Below are positions 58,731-64,000 of a stretch of 64,000 nucleotides of DNA, one piece after another; the first letter of the stretch is position 1; each line of letters starts with the position of its first letter. A model generated the notes under the pieces. That model searched no databases and had not been told where the DNA came from. It saw only the letters and a program-made list of their open reading frames with translations. A program made the position numbers and the translations under genes. The stretch covers positions 157,048,001-157,112,000 of the forward strand of contig NC_058368.1 of the NCBI RefSeq assembly GCF_018350175.1. The letters run 5' to 3'. This stretch comes from Felis catus (taxonomy: Eukaryota).

Positions 58731-59404
58731 TCTAGAAGTTCCTAGGTGAGCATCTGAAGACAGTGACAGCAAAGTAGGAGAGGGAACATCATCTCTTGAG
58801 GATTTCAGTCTTCTCGGTGAGTTCCTGCTGGCAGATGGTGTCAACTTGAAGTTCTTCCAGTAATGATTTCAGACCAAGCATTAGATCCCCACCTATTGAA
58901 GAGAACCCTGTCCAAAAGTGGGTACATTACACAATGCAGTAGGAAAACAGTTGTCAATGCTTTCCTGACTACCCTTCCAGGCATGAAATAAATGTGTTGA
59001 GCCTTCTCAGATGCAGAGAGGGTGGTAAGCCCTCCCAGAGAGAGGCAGGATTATTATCAGGAAAAATATTAGACTGTTTTGGCCCCTACCCAGTTTGGCA
59101 TTTTCCTCTCCAGGAGATTAGAGACACACTCATTTGTGGTAAAGTTGTTATTTCAGATCTTTCCCTTAGTATACAGTCATGAAATATTCTAACTTCAGAG
59201 ACTAAATTTTCCATAAACCCATTCCTTGGTTCTGTAACTTCATTTTCAGAAGGTATTTACACATGTGACTAACGTTGTGACTAAAAAATGACTGATGTGT
59301 TCAGCAGTACGTCAGAAACCAGGTCCTCTTTTACGGTCCCACAGACACAAACTGAGGAAACAGAAAAATAATCCAAACATCTATGCTAGGTCTTGAGGGG
59401 TTTT

Positions 59405-59825
59405 GAGGTTTGACAGACCTTAGTTTAAAACCAGAGTCCCACCAGTCACTATCTGTGTGACTTTGGATCTGTTGTCTAACTTTGGAGTCTTAGTTTCCTC
59501 ACTTAAAATGAGGACAAGACTACACCTACCTTGTAGGTTATTGGAAGAATTAGAAAAAACATTTGTTGAGCTATTACCAGTTGTCAGAGACTTCTCAAAG
59601 CACTTTACCTGGATTAATTCATTTAATCCTCCAAAGAGATGTCTATTATTAAGATGAGGAGAAATTAGGTAATTTTTGTGAGGTTATACCACTCATGACA
59701 GGTACAGCCAGAATTTGAACTCATTAGTCCAGAGAAGAGCTCTTAAACATTCTATTATATTCCCTATATGTAGACCATCTAATGTGGTATTGCATACATA
59801 GTAGGTACTGTACTTAATAAATGGT
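59405..59825. mobile_element. MIR elements (two, opposite orientation or nested)
   Basis: ctgtgtgactttgg...cttagtttcctcacttaaaatgagg and ttcatttaatcctc...agatgaggagaa. Confidence 0.6.
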
Positions 59826-60960
59826 ACCGATTACTAATAATAAACAGAGCTTTTGATTTTGATGGGAAAGACAAGTCCCATGGTACTCTTTCATCCAATT
59901 CTGATTCAGAGTAGTATCTAAAAATACTTGAGTTTATAAAGGTCCTTGCACTATGTGTGAGAAGAAATACCTTGGCTAGCAATAATTCCAGCAATGGACA
60001 AAAGCAGAAAGAAGTACAAAATATAGATTTCTCCTGGAACAAAATTATAATGAGGAAGTATTTCTCTACTTTAAAAGCACTTCTTTCTCCGGTCTCTGGG
60101 GAGGGAGGCTAACATAATGAAGAAACATTATGGACATTGACTGGAGGCGGGCAAGGTGCTGATGCCAACATCCTGTGAAGTAGATTTCCTCTGTAGGTTC
60201 TGGCCACCAAAACCTACCCAAGAGCCATTACTGTCAGGTAAAAGTCATTAGTATCCAACAGATGTTTCTCCAAAAAGGTAATGCACCGCTTTCACAAGGG
60301 AGACACTCAGGGATGGACTTCAGGTGGGTGGGGCCCATATGGAGACATGTGAATGGGGGTGGACAAAACCTACTTCTGCAACTCAGAACAACTCCATATT
60401 GAGGAATCTATCTAGTCCTTATGCCTAAATTCCACTGCTGAGCACTTAAAGGCTTTTACATATTCACAAAACCAACACAGAACCCTCAAAAAGGAACAAA
60501 AACACACCCAGGAACTTTTATCAACTACCTCCTCTGCAGGGATTAGTTGGTAAGTAAAAGAGGTCTTTAAAAACTAAGAAGTGCTAGATAACTAAGACAT
60601 GAGAGGGCTGAAAGGAAGTTGATGGAAGAGAGATTAACACCAAGGAGAAAACCAAGTGATTTTATCAAGGACTAACTGAAACAATTATCTCACTGTGGCC
60701 TCTCTATTGGAACTTCCTATTAAGTTCAAAATCTAACAAGGGTGGAGCACTCCCTATCATTGCATAGGTTTAAATTTGTAAATAAAGGTAAGGGAAAAAT
60801 AAGTTTGCCAAGTTAGTCTTTTGGAGGAGGTTCCTTCTAAGGTTCTTTCTAGAATTCAGATAGTGGCACTAGGTAAATGGCAGCCTCAGCATACTATCTG
60901 GTAGGGCAACTGTGTCAGTCGCAAAGACACATACCTCAAGTCTTTGAGGTGTCACCAATT

Positions 60961-61124
60961 TCTTTTTTTAAATATAATTTACTGCCAAGTTGGCTAACGT
61001 ACAGTGTATACAGTGTGCTCTTGGTTTTGGGGGTAGGTTCCCGTGATTCATCACTTACAACACTCAGCGCTCATCCCAACAAGTGCCCTCCTCAAAGCCC
61101 ATCATCCATTTTCTCCTCTCTTCC
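60961..61124 (-). mobile_element. 5'-truncated felid L1 3' end
   Basis: gattcatcacttacaacactcagcgctcatcccaacaagtgccctcctcaa; perfect 15-bp TSD gaggtgtcaccaatt (60946-60960, 61125-61139). Confidence 0.88.
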
Positions 61125-62958
61125 GAGGTGTCACCAATTGTTAAAAAAAATTGAACAGTAGTATTGGAATTGATCTTGGGAGCCTGATTCTATGTGCTTA
61201 AGAATATAGAGAAAAGCTGAGCTTTCTTTTTTCTTTTTGTCTGTAAAATTAGCATCTACTGTAAAAAATGATGTGAGAATTAAATGAGGTAATAATGGTG
61301 TAAAGAGTTTGGCAAATCATTTAATCTACCCCTGCCTCTAAGTCCTTGGTTGCTGAAGCCCTGGTGGGTAATGATCACCACCCCAGAAGCACAGAATGCT
61401 CCTCTGCTGAAGCAAAAGACGGTGCCAAGATGCTCTGTAAATGCTGGATCTTATTTGGCTTCGTTAGAAGCTACGTGACTTGCATAAAATCTTATTGCTG
61501 CCTACATATTTCCCCATGTTCACAAAGTACTCACCATTGCTTACTGTAAATCTGGTTCTAGTGAGTTAATAAATTATTCTGAGCCTAGTCCTTGGACAGA
61601 GAAGCCTTCCAACCATATATAAATAGCACTTGTTCTGGGGCACTACGGGGCTGGCCTCAGGCAATTCAGAAACAAATACTGAAGCTGCTTATAACAATAT
61701 AAATTTGCCTTCTCAGCAGTGTATTTTCACTCTAATTTCCTTCTTTGCACACGAAAAATCTTCTGTTCCATCTGGCTTTTCTCTTGTGCCCAGAGATACA
61801 TAACTCTGCCTGCAAAGATAGAACCTATAACCATCTTTTTTTTCTTCCCCACACCACCTGACTTTTTAGGCTAATTTCCAAACTTCTGAAGACAGCAAAT
61901 AATCCTTTTCTAAAAACTATTTGCACACTATTTCTTGATCTATTAAACAGAATTAAGATTAGGACTTTGTAAACTACTATATAGTGGTTTTCTCCCCAAA
62001 ATTCCTGAATGATATTAAACTGTGTGGCCTATTTTTTCACAGAGAAAGCAACAACCATATTTTGTATGATTAAAGGAGAGGAAATGACATTTAAAAAGGC
62101 AGGGTCTTAGAAACTCAAGTTATTTAAGAGTCAGATAATCAATGTGCTTATTTTATTTAATGCGGGTGCTCTTTTTGTATGAAGCGTAAGTATTTGGTAT
62201 GTAGAAGTCACATGTAATTACACTCAACTATTCACGGATGCTGGCTTCCATTAAAATATTCTCTGAGCGTAGGTTTGCTTTCCTGCTCAGTCTTAATACT
62301 TGGAACTGATTACCTACCTTTCTACAGCAGAGGCCTCTTTGGAAGGGGGGTTCTACCCTAAGATTGGTAAGCACAAGAGGGGCCCCCTGTTTAGTGGAAA
62401 TCAGAGGTGCTGCTTAACAGGTGCTGCACCAAGCAATTGGTTTCAGTATTTTGCTCCAGCTCACTTTGGACCTGGAAAACTTTGGTGACCTTAGAACAAC
62501 ATATTGCTGCCATTAGAAATCTAGCTGAAGGCCCTGACTTCACAAATTTACATAAAAATTAAAGGTCAAGACATAAGTTTACCAGTTACATGCCCATTCA
62601 GTAGTGAAACCCAGAATGAAACATACCACTGAGGTTCTGGGAGTATAGTTTAATGCAGTTCTTTTAAAGAGGATGAGAGTGAAGTACCTGGTCAGCTACA
62701 TTGGTGATACTATACTCTAAGCAGCATGTTGAGTGAGAGTAGTTCAGAAACTATTATAGAAATAAACAGCCACACATTGTTAAGAGTCAAATTCTTATGA
62801 GGTTTATATTTTCACAGTAACCATTTTTAATAACTCATCATCTTTATCTGATGACCCCTTTTATGACAATTAAGATGGTAATCCCCAATTTCAGTGATCT
62901 AGTAAAATTCAGATTCAAAGGAATGCAAATTCATTTTAACAATAGACACAATGGGCAA

Positions 62959-63423
62959 TGTACTAATTTTCTCTGCTGTCATAACAAATTACCACAAACT
63001 TAGTGGCTTTAAAACAACATAAATTTATTTCCTTACAGTTCTGTAAGTCACATGTCCAACACGGGTCTCAGCAGGTTACAATCGAGGTCCCAGAAGGGCT
63101 GTATCCCTTTCTGGGAACTCCACTGGAGAAAGTTTCCTTCCTTCTTCCAGTTTCTAGAGCCTGCCCTTAGTCCAAGGATGGACCCACCTTCCTCCATCTT
63201 CAAAGCCAGTAATGTTGAATCTCTGACCTTCCATTGTCATTCTTTGAAAGGCTCTCCACTTTTAAGGACTTCTGTGATTAAACTGGGTCCACTCAATAAT
63301 CCAATATAATCTCTCTGTCTCAAGGTCTATACCCTCAAGCACATTTGCATAGCCCCTTTACCACATATTCACAAGTTCTGGTGATTAGGGCATGACACCT
63401 TTGGGGACCATTATTCTGCCTAC
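62959..63423. mobile_element. MaLR solo LTR (MLT1D-like)
   Basis: tgtactaattttctctgctgtcataacaaattaccacaaacttagtggc...ggaccattattctgcctac. Confidence 0.8.
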
Positions 63424-64000
63424 ATATAAGCAGAAACAGCAAGATAAACATTTTTTTATTGTCCATCTTCCAGAAAAATTCATGTAATTTAAATGTTTCT
63501 TATGATAGGTACTATATACAGGGGAAGTATGTAGCCCAAATGAACTTTTGTACTGATTCAAACTCAGGAGAGATCATGGCATGAAAATTATTTCAACACT
63601 GGAGTGATGTCATATGAAACCCAATTTTCTTGGGATACTCCAATTTTAATTATCCCTCTCCTGGCATCATTTCCCTTCACTAAAACAAATAGGTATTTTC
63701 AATTCTAAGTCCAAAATAGAAAAAAAAAAAAAGAATTTAAAATGTTTCATAAGAGCTGTTTGTTAAAGAGACCCTATTCTTAAGTTTCTCCAAAGCATTT
63801 TGAGGTCTAAATATAATTTAGCATTCATTTTCAAAAATTATAGTTGTATAGGGTTTTAAAACACTGCTATCCAAAAAGTTCCTATTCTAATCAGCCAAAA
63901 AGAGGAAAAACCCATTATTATATGGCAAAGGGACAGCTAGACACATTGAGCGGGCTTTCAGTGCAATAGGTCTTAAGTGACTCTATTTGCTAAACCAAAA

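Noticed and set aside
53100..64000. 3' exons of the neighbouring gene (SKIC3/TTC37, expected on the minus strand from recalled human synteny)
   Set aside because: I could not find its C-terminal coding sequence; it probably lies beyond the window.

Overview
Mammalian genomic DNA, almost certainly from a felid: it carries about 31 tRNA-derived Can-SINE/SINEC_Fc copies plus carnivore L1 3' ends. The window holds most of the coiled-coil gene FAM81B on the + strand. Eight GT-AG coding exons (1984-2048, 15139-15382, 21296-21414, 31063-31192, 40318-40424, 48379-48514, 50823-51018, 52725-52858) splice into one uninterrupted frame of 376 codons plus TAA, followed by AATAAA at 53006-53011. The 5'-most exons lie upstream of the window. 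The remainder is intronic or intergenic DNA rich in SINEs, L1, L2, MIR, MaLR/ERVL LTRs and hAT DNA transposons. Apart from the three ORFs overlapping these exons, the ORF-track entries look spurious. I see no clearly new biological system. The most notable observations are two exons whose acceptors overlap a 5' splice-site motif (recursive-splicing-like), an internally deleted L1 retaining both termini, an antisense solo ERV LTR, re-use of one SINE target site, a young SINE sub-lineage, and a possible stop-introducing alternative acceptor. Gene and repeat-family names come from my recall of consensus sequences, not from database searches.
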